DNA from: Octopus vulgaris
Taxonomy: Eukaryota
Direction: 5' to 3'
DNA: 64,000 nucleotides
Assembly (NCBI GenBank): GCA_951406725.2
Contig: OX597814.1
Coordinates: 10,602,001 to 10,666,000, forward strand
The notes below the pieces were generated by a model that saw only the letters and a list, made by a program, of their open reading frames with translations, had not been told where the DNA came from and searched no databases. The stretch's first letter is position 1, and each line of letters starts with the position of its first letter. Made by a program: the position numbers and the translations under genes. This document shows positions 1-14,004 of this stretch, piece after piece.

Positions 1-60
1 CAAAATGTGGGAGTAGTTAGGAATCTAAATCGAAGGGGACAGACACTCACACAACTACAG

Positions 61-241
<181 letters not shown>

Positions 242-542
242 CAAACGCAGGTAAACATATATGCGTGAGAGAGAAAGAGAGATGCGAGGACATTGCAAGC
301 GATCGCTCTCGCTCGAAGCTAAAACTGGGAGTGAGGCTGATGCCGAAGAGGGGTAACAATGATGACTGCTCCTGAAGAAGCCAGCACATGACTAAATCTG
401 GCTAAAAGTTCCTTTAAATGTTGGCAAGGGAATCGAGGCTATCTATTCTGAGGGAGACTCTTCATACCAAAGCAAATTTCTCCGGATGCAGATTCATGGT
501 TTAGTGTAACTAACAAATAGCTCATATTATATATAAGTGCTT

Positions 543-604
<62 letters not shown>
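543..604. repeat. (GTA)n microsatellite
   Basis: Read directly from the sequence. Confidence 0.95.
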
Positions 605-605
<1 letters not shown>

Positions 606-744
606 CGGTCCTTATTTTCCAATGTATATAAAGGTTTCTTTCTGCTTTGTCTTCCTTCACTTCTCACACTAATCACTCTCTCTTCATTGCCCCTCTTTCA
701 ATTTTACCTTCCACGAATGACAAAATGAGAAGTTCCATTTCGTT

Positions 745-916
745 CTGCCGTCATCATCATCATCATCATCATCGTTATCAACATTGTCATCACCGTCATT
801 ATCACCTTCGTCTTCGTTGTCGTCGACTTCGGCGGCAGCGGCAGCGGCGCCATCACCAGGATAATCGTTGTCGTCGTTCTCAATTTCTTCCTCGCCATTA
901 TATTTCTCCCCACTTC

Positions 917-983
<67 letters not shown>

Positions 984-1295
984 TATCATCATCATCATCA
1001 TCATCACCATCATCATTACCAAAAACAATACCCCACACCCACCACCGCTACTATCATCACCATCATCATCATCAACTTCACCATCATCATTTTCATCATC
1101 ATCATCATCATCATACTTATCATCGTCTTTTGTTGTTGTTGTCATCATCAGTGTCGTCATCGTTTTCGTCATCACTACGGTCGTTGTCATTGTCGTCATC
1201 ATCATCGTCGTTTTCATCGTTGCAGCGACAGTGTGGTCATCATCATCATCATCATTATCCTCATCATAATCAGCCGTGACGTCATCGATGTCGTC
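745..1295. repeat. Degenerate (CAT)n/(CGT)n trinucleotide tract
   Basis: Pure CAT core at about 917-1005 with CAC/CGT/TGT variants on both sides. It explains the poly-H/S/I/D ORFs. Confidence 0.9.
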
Positions 1296-1398
1296 AGTTC
1301 GTTGTCATTTTTGTACTCGCCGTTATACTCCTCTTCATCTACATCTGTGGTTCTCAACCGGGGTCCATATAACTCCTGAGGATCCATATAAGATTTAT

Positions 1399-1691
1399 TG
1401 TTTGTTCCTTCTCGAGCCATGCCTGGCTCATAAGGGCCGGTTTCCCGGTTTCCTTGGCGTATAGGTCCCCCACCTGGACGGGACGCCAGTCAGTCGCAGG
1501 TGAGCTGTCAGATGCAGGAGGAAAGAGTGAGAGAAAGTTGTGGCGAAAGAGTCAGCAGAAGTTCGCCATTACCTTCTGCCGGAGCCGCGTGGAGCTTAGG
1601 TGTTTCGCTCATAAACACATACATCGTCCGGTCTGTGATTCGAACCTGCGATCCCTCGACCGCGAGTCCGCTGCTCTAACCACTAGGCCAT
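1399..1691 (-). mobile_element. tRNA-derived SINE, family B, V-domain-like tail
   Basis: Minus strand has A box TGGCCTAGTGG and B box GGTTCGAATC. TSD gatttat (1392-1398 / 1692-1698). Homologous to 34990-35288. Confidence 0.85.
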
Positions 1692-1913
1692 GATTTATGG
1701 GGTCCACGTAACAAAATAGTAAATTGGGGCCGCTGAAAAAAATTTTGCTTTACATGTATGTATTGGTATGTTTTGGAAGGAACAGCTAAGTTTCCTTCTC
1801 TAACATTCTGCATAGTTCAACCTACAGAAGTTAGTGCATGAAAAAGAAAAAATGAACTAGTTTTTTAAATATCGAATGACTATAGGGGTCCACCAGAATA
1901 AAATAATAATCAA

Positions 1914-2324
1914 TAGGCGCAGGAGTGGCTGTGTGGTAAGTAGCTTGCTAACCAACCACATGGTTCCGGGTTCAGTCCCACTTCGTGGCATCTTCGGCAA
2001 GTGTCTTCTGCTCTGGCCTCAGGCCGACCAAAGCCTTGTGAGTGGATTTGGTAGACGGAAACTGAAAGAAGCCTGTCGTATATATGTATATACATATATA
2101 TGTATGTGTATATGTTTGTGTGTCTGTGTTTGTCCCTCTAGCATTGCTTGACAACCGATGCTGGTGTGTTTACGTCGCCGTCACTTAGCGGTTAGGCAAA
2201 AGACACTGATAGAATAAGTACTGGGCTTACAAAGACTAAGTACCGGGGTCGATCTCCTCGACTAAAGGCGGTGCTCCAGCATGGCCGCAGTCAAGTGACT
2301 GAAACAAGTAAAAAAGTAAAAGAG
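1914..2324 (+). mobile_element. tRNA-derived SINE, family A, with internal microsatellite
   Basis: Head GGCGCAGGAGTGGCTGTGTGG, B box GGTTCAGTCC, tail GACTGAAACAAGTAAAA. TSD aaaata(a/g)taatcaa (1900-1913 / 2325-2338). At least 6 other copies in the window. Confidence 0.9.
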
Positions 2325-2756
2325 AAAATAGTAATCAAAGGGGTCGATAGATAAAAATATGGTTGGGAACCCCTGATTTACATCATCATCATCATTATCA
2401 TAATCATGAAGGTGAAGAACGACAAGCAAAACAGCAATCGTCATCATCGTCATTGTTCAAACTCCCGTCCTTATCTCTCAAGCTAATCTTCCAGAAACTA
2501 TTTGTCGTGACTGGACAAGGTCATGGTTAGGGAAAACGGCGCTCGGAGTCAGTCTGTAGAAGGACTTGAACAAGTTAGCTAAAACTGACCAAGCACACGC
2601 CACTAAATGACCGTTTGATTTTGAAGCCACTATACGTAGCCCAAATCATTTACTCGTCAGTGTAAATATTGATGCATGTGTATATGTATATATAGTTACA
2701 CACACACACATATATGCGCCCACAGACACACATATGTATATACGCATATACACACA

Positions 2757-2847
<91 letters not shown>

Positions 2848-3886
2848 TGTGGGGTTTGTGGATGTGTGTATATATTCTTATATGTATGTTTATATTTGTG
2901 TGTGTATGTATTCACGTGCGTGCACAACGCAAACAAATACACACACTTTCTCATACACACAAATCCACATGCACAAATATACAGCGAAACGTGCTTCCAT
3001 ACTAAGTGATGTGTTCAATGTTAACCAGTTGGGCAGTAGTTGCGATAAAATAAAATACATCTTGGCAGACTGACGTAGAAATGATAGCTGCCCTTAAGGT
3101 GAGGAAGATAGATAGATAGAGAGAGAGAAAGAGGGAGAGAGAGAGGATGTAGAGTGATACAGAGTATATTAGAGTGGGTGAACGGGAGAAAGAAAGAGAA
3201 TGGTTCCGACATACTTTACGAGCAGGAATCTACGGAACACGCTACGTTCAAGATGTTATGGCAAAATTAATTTATGTATGACTAGTCCTGATTATAGCGC
3301 CTTCGTGACGTATGGCGTCGTTTAGAAGTTGAAAGTAGCCATCAGAGGAAGCTAGTTTTGGCAATAAACTAGCACAAACCGATCATCTTCTGGCATCGAC
3401 ACGAGCTTAAAATCCAACATCAGTTGCACACGCATTCGTGAATTTGTTTAGTAGTACAGAGGAAAATATAAAATGCTGATAGAGGTGGGGGGTTGATGGG
3501 ATAGAGATTGTGTGGTTGAGGGAATGAAGAGGAGGAGACAGAGATAGGAGAGAGAGAGAGAGAGAAAGAGAGAAAGAGAGAGAGAGAGAGGAAGGAGTGA
3601 GAAAGTGAAAGGAAAAGAGATGGAAAATAAAGGAAAGTGAGAAATAGCAGGGAAGAGGAAAGAATAGGAACTGGAAACATTAAAACAAAAATATAACAAA
3701 AATATGAATAAAATATAATAATAAACAGCAACAACAACAACAGCAATGATAATAATGGTCTTAAAATAGTGATAATAGAGACAATAATATAAAGAATGAT
3801 TTAAAGAGAGAAAGAATGAGAGGAGAACGAAACGAAATAGTCAGAAGGAAGAGAGGAATGAAGAAGTGGAAAATGCTGACATACAT

Positions 3887-3924
3887 AAATAACAATAATA
3901 ATAATAATAACAACAACAGCAATT

Positions 3925-3985
<61 letters not shown>

Positions 3986-4006
3986 AACTACTACTACTAC
4001 TACTAC

Positions 4007-4060
<54 letters not shown>

Positions 4061-4118
4061 AATAATAACAATGATAATAATGATAATGATAATAATAATA
4101 ATAATGATAATGATGATG

Positions 4119-4155
<37 letters not shown>

Positions 4156-4157
4156 TA

Positions 4158-4200
<43 letters not shown>

Positions 4201-4241
4201 TCATGATGATGATAATAATGATAATGATAATGATAATAATG

Positions 4242-4327
<86 letters not shown>
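3887..4327. repeat. Compound (AAT)n/(ACT)n/(ATG)n trinucleotide tract
   Basis: Read directly from the sequence. Confidence 0.95.
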
Positions 4328-4328
<1 letters not shown>

Positions 4329-5175
4329 GGAATAATATTAAGTAAATAAATAAATGAATGTAAATGAAAAACAACCATAAAAGCAAATAATATGTCAGAA
4401 ATCTAAAGGGTAAGATAGAAGAGAGAGAATGGTTAGGAATGAAATCAAGGAAAGAAAGAAGGAAATAGCTACGAGAGAAGAGAAGAGAGAAGAGATGTAA
4501 GAGAGAGAGAAAGAGAGATAGGGAGAAAGATAGAAGGCGAGTGGTAGGAGGGAAAGATAGAAGAGGAAGGGAAGCAGTTGGTTGAGCTGAACGAGTTTTG
4601 CTGTAAACACGGTGAAGTGGTTTTACTCCTCTGTCCGCCATGCACGTGTCTGCGTTTCATTAGTTTTTATAAGTTGTTAATAATGTTACCGCAGTCCATA
4701 TTGCTTAATAACGTTGTTATCTAAGGAAACTGTTGCTAATATAGTTTAGCCGATGTTCGTGGTGTGTTGCTAACTGGCTTTCATACACATACGTACGCAT
4801 GCATATGCACCGCTGCCGTTGTTCTTCTTCACACGAACACTTGCTGTTGTTTGTAAACGCTGCTGGTGAGATTAGCATCTGTCTATATAGGCTTCTAATG
4901 ATTGCTAATTTACTTATCAATGATGATAAACAAGAAACGGCATTTTTAACACGTATTCGCACGCACGAACATACTGCAGTCAACACACTTGCGTACACAT
5001 GCGCACAGGACACAAACGTATCGACATGTCCTGTCTATGGGATAGATAAACTCCTGCTACAGAAACAAAGAGAAGGACTCGCACGCACAGATATATAGAT
5101 AGAAACACATACACACTCACGTATGAACTCACTCACATACATACACCAAGTTTTACTTTTTCACGCACACATTCC

Positions 5176-5371
5176 TTTACCCTTGTATTTGTTCCAGTCA
5201 TTTGATTGTGGCCATGCTGGAGCACCGTCTTTAGTCGAACAAATCGACCCCAGGACTGATTCTTTGTAAGCCTAGTACTTATACTATTGATTCTTTTGCC
5301 GAGCCGCTAAGTTACGGGGACGTAAACACACCAACATCGGTTGTCAAACGATGGTGGGGGACAAACACAGA

Positions 5372-5443
<72 letters not shown>

Positions 5444-5592
5444 CGTCTGGGTTCTTTCAGCTTCCGTTTACCAAATCCACTCAGAAGGCTTTGACCGGCC
5501 CGAGGCTATAGCAAAAGACATTTGCCCAGAATGCTACGCAGGGGCCATGTGGTTGGTTAGCAAGTTACTTACCACACAGTCACTCTTGCACC
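5176..5592 (-). mobile_element. SINE family A copy
   Basis: Reverse complement of 1914-2324, with an internal (CA)n(TA)n tract. Confidence 0.85.
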
Positions 5593-5707
5593 ATATCAAT
5601 AAATATTATTATGCTGCTTGTCTCGATATGTGTTCGAGTGTTACGCTTTCAACAATCTTAACTATCAAACGAAATCGTAGGCATAATCGAAATGCTTAAC
5701 ATGCTTG

Positions 5708-5916
5708 TTTCCAATTTTGGTACAAGGCCAGTATTTTCGGGAGAGGGTAAGTCAATTACATCGACCCCAGTTCTCAACCGGTACTTATTTTATCGACACA
5801 AAAAGGATGACAGACAAGGTCGACTTCAGCAGAATTTGAACTCAGAAATTGAAGGCGGACGAAATGCCGCTAAGTATTTTCCCCTGCATACTAATAATTC
5901 TATCGGCTCACCGTCT
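5708..5916 (-). mobile_element. SINE family E copy (degenerate)
   Basis: atcgacccc...ggtcgacttcagcagaatttgaactc...gaaatgccgctaagtattt matches 35412-35645 in reverse. Confidence 0.7.
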
Positions 5917-5974
5917 TTGAAATCTTTCAACATATTGAAATGATATTTCGAAGTTCTGTAAACTTATACATCAA

Positions 5975-6232
5975 AATAGTTAGGAGATTAGGTTCACAGC
6001 TCCGGTACTACAGACATTTGGTCAGAATGTTGCTGGAAAGAATTGCAAAACAGATTCTTCAAGCCGAGCCAACCGGCAGGAGACATAGTATTAGACCAAG
6101 AACGAGATGGTCGGATATTATCCATAGTCCTGCTGGAAATTCTAATGACAGTTGCTTCTGTCAGGACAATATGGAGGAGACGACTGAGAGCTCAACCCTC
6201 AGATGCTCCCAGGAATAGTGGGTGGAGCGGAT
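5975..6232 (+). mobile_element. RTE-clade LINE, 3' fragment
   Basis: QLRYYRHLVRMLLERIAKQILQAEPTGRRHSIRPRTRWSDII resembles the RTE C-terminal LRWxGHVxRM...GxRxRGRPRxRWxD motif. Confidence 0.75.
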
Positions 6233-6463
6233 ATATGTATGTATGGATGGGTTTCTTTACAAGAATAGTATTGATAGCGACTTTAAAGTTTCAGCTTTCC
6301 AATGAAGTCTTCCTTGACCGTAACTTCGAAATGACTGTCAACAATATTAGTGTTAAAGAATAACAAATCTGTACGCTACCAAATTTATTTAGCAATTTTT
6401 CTTGTTAATGTAAAGCTGTTTTTAATATAGTATATAAACAAGCAATAATATACAGCTATATAT

Positions 6464-6530
<67 letters not shown>

Positions 6531-6655
6531 AGTGTACCTTTAAACACAAGAGAAAACTGCATTCAACAAGCAGTTTTTACATATTTATATTAATTGTACT
6601 TGATAATACACATTTATATCTTTTAAATTATCCAATTTAGATTCTAATCAACTTT

Positions 6656-7375
6656 TTATTTTATTCTATTTTTATTTGTAGTCTTCAAATACATATTCAT
6701 ATGAATGTGTACATGATTATCTTTTTCACACTTACTGTTAAGGAGCCTGTGCTTAGATTTTAAAATTTGGAAGATTTCATCAATAGATAAATCAAAACGG
6801 GTGTCAGCTATTTTACAGGATCTAGCATGGCTGATTATTTCCCAATTTAGGCTAAATTCCTTATTTTTGTCCTTTAATTCCCAAATAAACTTTGGTTTAT
6901 TTTTGTTTCTAAACGTATTTTCGTGGTTGGCGATTCTTCTCTTGATAAAATTCTCCATGGTACCCATGTAATGATTATTTAGTCCCTTAGATTCTACCTT
7001 GTACCTATATACTACATTTTTCTGTTTGAAAAGATTATTAAATGGACAGTTAGCTTTGAATTTGCGATCACAACCAATATTTTTATTTTTCTCAAAAAAT
7101 CTGTGGTCTATCAATATTAATCATGTCTCTAGCGTTATTTCTTTTCCGTATAATTTCAAGGTTAAAATGGGAGTAAACATGTGTTACCTCTCTTTCTCCA
7201 CAGGAAGATTTCATTTTACATACATTGTAATTGGAACATTCTGATTGTTTTGCGAGGTATCAGAATCGCACATATTTCTATTGTTATAGAAACTATTCAT
7301 TATTTTATTATTAAGTGAATAAATAATTTGAGAAACATTGAGACGGAGAAACCAAATCTAAGTTTTCCGTGTTAA
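6656..7375 (-). mobile_element. Penelope-like element fragment, decayed GIY-YIG endonuclease
   Basis: ORF 6656-7114: CPFNNL..KNVVYRYKV..HYMGT..IKRRIANH..IWELKDK..WEII..DLSIDEIFQI..LLNSKCE follows the PLE GIY-YIG layout. Upstream NVSQIIYSLNNKI matches the PLE linker. A (TA)n tract lies nearby at 6475-6526. Confidence 0.8.
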
Positions 7376-7824
7376 TTAGATCATAATATTTGTTTTCCTT
7401 AATAAAATAAATATCACGAGATAATTACCTAGAGTAAGTAAAGTAAATTCCAGCACTATCACGTGATCAAACATATTAGCACACGTATACACACAGAAAA
7501 TAAAAACAAAAGCATATACACAAGCAACAGTTTTTAAAAAAATATTAACACGTATACGCGAAAATAAATTTAACATGCACACGCACACAAATGAATAGAA
7601 ACAAGACATATATATATATAGATAACGGTTTTTTAATATATTTACATGCACACACGTGCACACACACACACATGTACACACTCTAAAAATGGTTTGATAA
7701 TGTAGTGAATTACAAACCGATAAAAGTTACAGATAGTTTGAAGAGTGGGGGTACCGGCGTCGATGATGGAATATAGGAGGCTATTAACTAATAATATTAG
7801 TTTAGATTGGGGAGAGACTCAACA

Positions 7825-8211
7825 CAGAGCCAGAATAAGATCTATAGAAGCCTTAAACACTTAAAATATTTTGGTGCCCCCATATAGGTGCAATTCAAAA
7901 TATATACAATAATAAATCATAAAATGAATTTATATTTTCTAAAATGGAAATTGCTTATTTTTGTATATTTCCACTTTGAAAAGTTTTCTCCTTTTTTTTT
8001 AAATTCCAAAGTCTATGATCAGATCTTCACTATGTTACCATGAACCCTTCAAAATTATATTTCCGATCATATAAATCACTTCAAATATTATTTTAGAAAA
8101 TTTAAAGTGATTTTTTTTTGTGCCGTAAACCATTTATCATTTCTGTTGTGTCCCCGCTTCCCTTGATGCCCTGAATAGTGCTTATTTTGTCTAATATTTA
8201 ACCCAGACCTG
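7825..8211. mobile_element. hAT-type MITE (CAGGGCCGG-like TIRs, decayed)
   Basis: Ends cagagccagaataag / ttaacccagacctg. 8-bp TSD actcaaca (7817-7824) vs attcaaca (8212-8219). Confidence 0.55.
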
Positions 8212-8935
8212 ATTCAACAGTTATTTCCACGGATAAGACTTAGTCAGAGCTAAAAACATCCAAAAGCACTTCTATGCATTGAGGCCAGCGTACATTTAAA
8301 ACTTTAGGAAAATATGAGATCATATAGCTGTGAACAGTGATAAATATTCGTAGTCGCATGAGATCGGAATGTAGATATCGTTGTTTAAGACCAGATCTAG
8401 AACAATAGCTTCTACTCCTTGATAGCTAGCTTGTCACGTATCACTGCTAATGTAAGATTCCCGACTCAATCCTACCATCTCTTCTCTTAACCCTTATAAT
8501 TCCCACATTAAGCCCAACAGTAATCCCTACATCGTCATCTTTCATACCTTAATGTCCGTCCTCCGGAATCGCTGTCGATTTTGAACAGTTTATACGAAAT
8601 ATCAACGACATAAATCTCTGCTTGCACCTGTAAAGGCCATCAAGACAATCCTTTTCTCAAAACCAAACTATAATATAAGAGTCAGTCCTCTGTCTTCTTG
8701 GTATAGTTTTGGTAGAAATACCTGTGTTCATAGTCGTTGCAGGATCTCCAAGACTACTGAAGACAGTTAACCTTTCTCTTAAGAAGTTGTCAGTTGACGG
8801 TTTCAAGAAAAGCGTGGGTAGGTGAAAATTTTAAAGGTAATAAATATAGAAGACCGATGTTAAGTGGTTAATGCATGAACTAACAGGGATGGGCACAATA
8901 ACAGTTCTCCCCCCCACACACACACACATATATAT

Positions 8936-9059
8936 ATACGACGGGCTTCATTCAGTTTCCATCTACCAAGTACATGACACTTGCCCAAGGTGCCACGCAG
9001 TAAGACTGATCCCGGAATCACGTGGTTGGTAAGCAAGCTGCTTACCACACATCCACTCT
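8936..9059 (-). mobile_element. SINE family A head, internally deleted
   Basis: gacacttgcccaaggtgccacgcag...gcttaccacaca matches the family A head. Confidence 0.75.
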
Positions 9060-9134
9060 TAAAAACATATATATTATTTATGCTATATATCTATCAATAT
9101 ATATGCTTATACACATACACACATATACGCACAA

Positions 9135-9175
<41 letters not shown>

Positions 9176-9576
9176 CACAACACACGCGCGCTCACATATA
9201 TAATTAACTGTTATCTCTACCACGTCGAATTACCGCGTAACTCAGGTTAGAATTGACGTAGCAACTATGCCAACCAGGATAAATGTCATAATTTTCAGTT
9301 CTTTCGTTCAGACATAGTGCATCTAGGAATACAGTATTTCGATGTACATGCTCTTACGAAGACATTACTATGTAAGTTATGCAAGATGCGGTTACTGTTA
9401 CAGGTCGCTAAAGCAACAACGCAAACGCTACCTCGTCAACTCCTCTTCCTCCTCCTCCTCATTCTCCTCCTCCCCGTCGTCATCGTTGTCATAGTCGTCG
9501 TTGTAGTTGTCTACCTTCAGATCACTCCCAATTGAGATCTATAATTAAAGAGATTGAAACTACAAACATACGGTGT

Positions 9577-9615
<39 letters not shown>

Positions 9616-9787
9616 TCTATTTCTTTTTTCTTTCTTTATTCTTTTTTCTTATTTGTCAGTCTAATCCCTCATTCTTCAATTCTACAAAATTGGGCGATTT
9701 GACTAAAAGAAGATTTGTCAGCTATTTCTAGCGGGTGGAATGATCAGGTAGAGGCTCAATAGTTGGCTTGAATTAGTTCTTCTTATT

Positions 9788-9808
9788 TTGTTGCTGCTGT
9801 TGTTGTTG

Positions 9809-9866
<58 letters not shown>

Positions 9867-9964
9867 CATCATCATCATCATCATCATCATTATTATTATT
9901 ATTATTATTATTACATCTAGTAGTAGTAGTAGTGGTGGTGGTGGTGGTGGTAGTAGTAGTAGTA

Positions 9965-10033
<69 letters not shown>
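9788..10033. repeat. Compound (TTG)n/(TTA)n/(TCA)n/(GTA)n tract
   Basis: Read directly from the sequence. Confidence 0.95.
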
Positions 10034-10501
10034 TTTACGTTGTGATGTTCTCTATACTGCAGCAGTATTGTTTTCCCGTTCTTGCTACAACGCACACTCG
10101 GTTGACTGAAGTCAGTGAACAATGTATAGCGCAGCATTCCATAGACAATCCATTGTTCAACCGTGATTGGCTCAATGAAGCGGAACGACAAAGATAAAGA
10201 ATAATTCGAGGTATTCAATAAATTCCTCAACACAAAACAATGTATTGCTTTTTCTGGTGTTTTGCTTTGGGTTTGAATTGTGCAAGCTATATACGTAAGG
10301 GGTGTCTACGCATTTCTCTTACGTATGTTTATTTGTATGTTTATGCGTATATGAATGCATGTAATATACGTTTGCATATATTTGTATATATATATATGTG
10401 TGTATGTGTGTATGTGTGTGTTTGTGTGTATATGTGTGTGTATATAAACACACATATCGATAGATATGGTATAAATAATATATATGTGCATACATGAATT
10501 C

Positions 10502-10535
<34 letters not shown>

Positions 10536-10588
10536 GAGAGCGGGTGAGCATATATATGTGTACTCACACACATACATCACTAGATAGG

Positions 10589-10620
<32 letters not shown>

Positions 10621-10648
10621 TTATATATATACATATATATATACATAT

Positions 10649-10692
<44 letters not shown>

Positions 10693-10768
10693 ATATATAT
10701 TCCCATATACACACACATTCACACACACACACACACACACACACGCATATATATATGAGTGTGTATTA

Positions 10769-10808
<40 letters not shown>

Positions 10809-13567
10809 GGAACGCTCTCACACACAAACACACACACTCTCTCATGCAGAAAAAATTCTGAAAATATACCTAAATGGTTTGTATTCGTGTTCCCTGTCAA
10901 GCAAAAACAAAACAAAAAAGCCATTATTATTATTGCTCTTGCCATTATTATGATTCCAAGTTTTTTTTTTTAATACAAGTTCCAACTCCAAAATCAGGTG
11001 CACCTTCCTATTTCTGAGTTCTTTGAAGCATTGTCTTTCGCAATATACAATCATGTTTATATAACTACATCAGATTAGCCTGAATGTGGATATCATTTTA
11101 TTACTCTTAGGATTATTCTAGTGTTTTGTATGTTGTGAATGGTTTGTCATGTGTATAACTTTAAGCTACATCCGAGTGGGGCTCTGATTCGGAGTTCCTG
11201 GGATTTTAAAATTGTGAGACCACCTCTTAGCCACCATCGATCCGAAGTATACTCAGATCTGGAGTAGCAGCACGTGTTAGGGTCCTGGCTGTTGGTTAAC
11301 AGCATGTGAACCACTACGAGTTCAGGACCCTAGTTCTCTTTAGAACATTCTAAGGGAAGATAAAATGGTATAAAAAACCTGTAGTTGGTTTCTGGTCGTC
11401 TCAACCTATGTTGTGCTACTGTTATTATAGCTAAAAGGTGGGGTATGCTGTGCAACACTTTATCCACTCAAAACAAATTCACGCACTGAAATTTCTTGGA
11501 CTCTCAGAACATTTTCACAGACTTACTGTGTTTAGGAAATGGTCTTTTCCCTCCCGAGTTGGCTTCTATCATGTGTTGAATAATTAAATAATTCTTGGAT
11601 GACGTTTGTGTTATGTTTTCGTGTTGTTTAGAGTGGTGTCGAGTAGAGTGTATAATGTTATAGTGATGGATAACAACTGCATAGAATATATGTGTGATGC
11701 GTATATATTAATGTGTCAGGTGACGGTAACGTAGAGTAAGTTTTAGGTGTTGGATAGTGACTGTAAAGAACATGTGTTGTGCTATATTGTTTGGTGGCTA
11801 TTCCGTTGTCCTGGGAAAGAGATGTTAAATTGCAACCAATGGTGAAGATCTCGCTGAAAAGTTCAGGTGTTTGGAGAGAACCCTCGAGGACTTGTAGAAT
11901 ATCGGCGGTGGCGCTTCCCACTATAATAACCAGTGTATCCCGTTGGGCGCGTAAATTCAGGGTGAGTGGCCCCGACCACTATAATACACCGGCGTGAGGC
12001 GTTTGGAGAGAACCCTTTATTCCCAGGTTCGCTCTGTCCTGAGGTTATAGTATTTGTCACACTCTCCAGTCCTGAGCCAGATATCAGTTAGTTCTGTGGC
12101 TAAGGAATATAAAGATTCCGAGGCGGGCTGGCCATGTACAACATAGGTGCACAGATGTGTGCACATGATCTGATGTCACGTTCACAATTTTGCCAGCTTA
12201 AACGTTACATAAATGATTTACATCAAGAGAGATTTCTGGAAAGCAGGAGATTACTTAAATAAATAAACCGACAGAAGGAAATAAGAAGCCACTACTGATC
12301 TTTCCCGAGAAAAATCAAGCGTCTTCAGATTTTGGAATGAAGCTCCATAATTTCCAAATCTTGTAAGCATGGAACACGAAGAAAAAGGTTGTAGTCTGGA
12401 GAATATGTGTTGTGTGAGTTGTGTCATTTCATTAGATATTTATCAGTTAGGTGCGTGTTGTGTGCAGAGAATGTACCGTTTGAACTGTGCATACTCTTTG
12501 AATATCTTGGGTCAGATGTAAGCTACCTCGCGGAACTATCTTTTAAAACGTGCATCGTTGTGAGTTCTGGTTTGATTTATGTACTTTTACTTACATTTTC
12601 TCATTTCTTGGCCTTAGAAATACTACGCAGTCATTTTACTCAACAGATTTTTACTAAACTCATGAACAGCTCATCTTTCTTTAATTCTCTTATCTTGGGC
12701 TCATTAAAGATATTTATTTTCAGTGTGCCCTGCCTTAAAGAAAATAGGTTTCCAGACACTTACGAAGGCCGTCACCTACTTAATCTAAATCTTTTATAAA
12801 TTATTTCTTCAAAAGTAGTTTGTCATCAAGCTCTGGCAACATGTTTCCTAATTATTAGATTGTTGGTGTGCTTTCTGACATAGAAATCTTTTTTTTTTGC
12901 CATTCTTTCTCCTGTGATTATCTCTTCTAACTTGGCTGCGCTATAAACAAAGGGCATCTGCGTAATTGTTTTATTGACTAAACAATATGCAACTCGCTTT
13001 AAACCTCAGGACCTATTTCAATGTTTCATATATTTTCTTTAGATATAATGTATGACTAATCGGTATCGAGGAAAACAATTTTCCAATGCTATTCTTCATA
13101 AGGTATTTATCTACACAGCTGCAATGGGTGTTGCCAAGTTTTCATAAAATTTGTCTTTGACCTCCTCAGGTTAGTCATGGTGGTGGAGGTAGCCTCTGAT
13201 TATGGTGCCACAGTGCTTTCATCTGGTAGAAGAGGAGAACCACAGCAACATCGGTTGGTCATTCAGTTCATTTGGGGGTCTGGTTACCTTGCTGATCAGA
13301 CTAGATTTGTTTGCATAACCTATTCCTACTCCACGACTTTCGAAGCTACTGCTGTCACCCCAACATTTCTCAGTTAATAACAATTGTCTGTTAATACTTT
13401 CTCTAGTTTAAAAATCTATGGCAAATACTTCTCTGTTTTAGGGATTTAATATGGAAAAGATTTTATTGCACTGTGCTGTATCATGTATTATTTTTGGTGG
13501 TGTGGGATCCTGTCTTTATAATTGGCCCATTACTTAGCAGCCTTGTTCTCTGACTTCTTCATTTTAA

Positions 13568-14004
13568 TACAAGGTGTCCCAAAATTAACTATATATTTCA
13601 ATGAAATCGGGCAAATTAAAAAACGAATAATTTTTTTGTTTATTACTTAACCATGATACCAAAACAAATAGATTTATAAATCTTACGTCAAAATTTTGTT
13701 GAAATTTTTCAACATGTACTTCGTCTGTATCCCTGCAAATTTCAAATCTATTCTGAGCTTTACGAAACACATTTTGAAGCATTTTAGGAGTTGTCTCTTG
13801 CACTGCTAACTGAATGCAGTCTTTAAGTTCAGCTAAACTTATTGTTACACCCTATCGACTGATGATAAAACTATAAACAAAATTAAAACTTTATACACAT
13901 TTAACTCATAAGAAACATGATAAATATGAATAAAAGTGAGTTTTTAAAAATACTGTCCAATATCGTTGAAATATGTAGCAAGTTATAGGACGAGGCACCC
14001 TGTA
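13568..14004 (-). mobile_element. Non-autonomous Tc1/mariner relic
   Basis: TA-flanked ends tacaaggtgtccc / ggcaccctgta. Minus-strand LKDCIQLAVQETTPKMLQNVFRKAQNRFEICRDTDEVHVE resembles a transposase C-terminus (LKxxI..ML.xV..R..C..GxHxE). Confidence 0.6.

Larger units (their letters stand above)
1345..2375. mobile_element. hAT (Charlie/Buster-like) MITE interrupted by two SINEs
   Basis: TIRs ctgtggttctcaacc / ggttgggaacccctg. 8-bp TSD atctacat (1337-1344) vs atttacat (2376-2383) with a central TA. Confidence 0.75.

Noticed and set aside
647-1279. 210-aa His/Ser-rich ORF and overlapping poly-Asp/Met/Ile ORFs
   Set aside because: Translations of a (CAT)n tract that is open in several frames; no domain or splice support.
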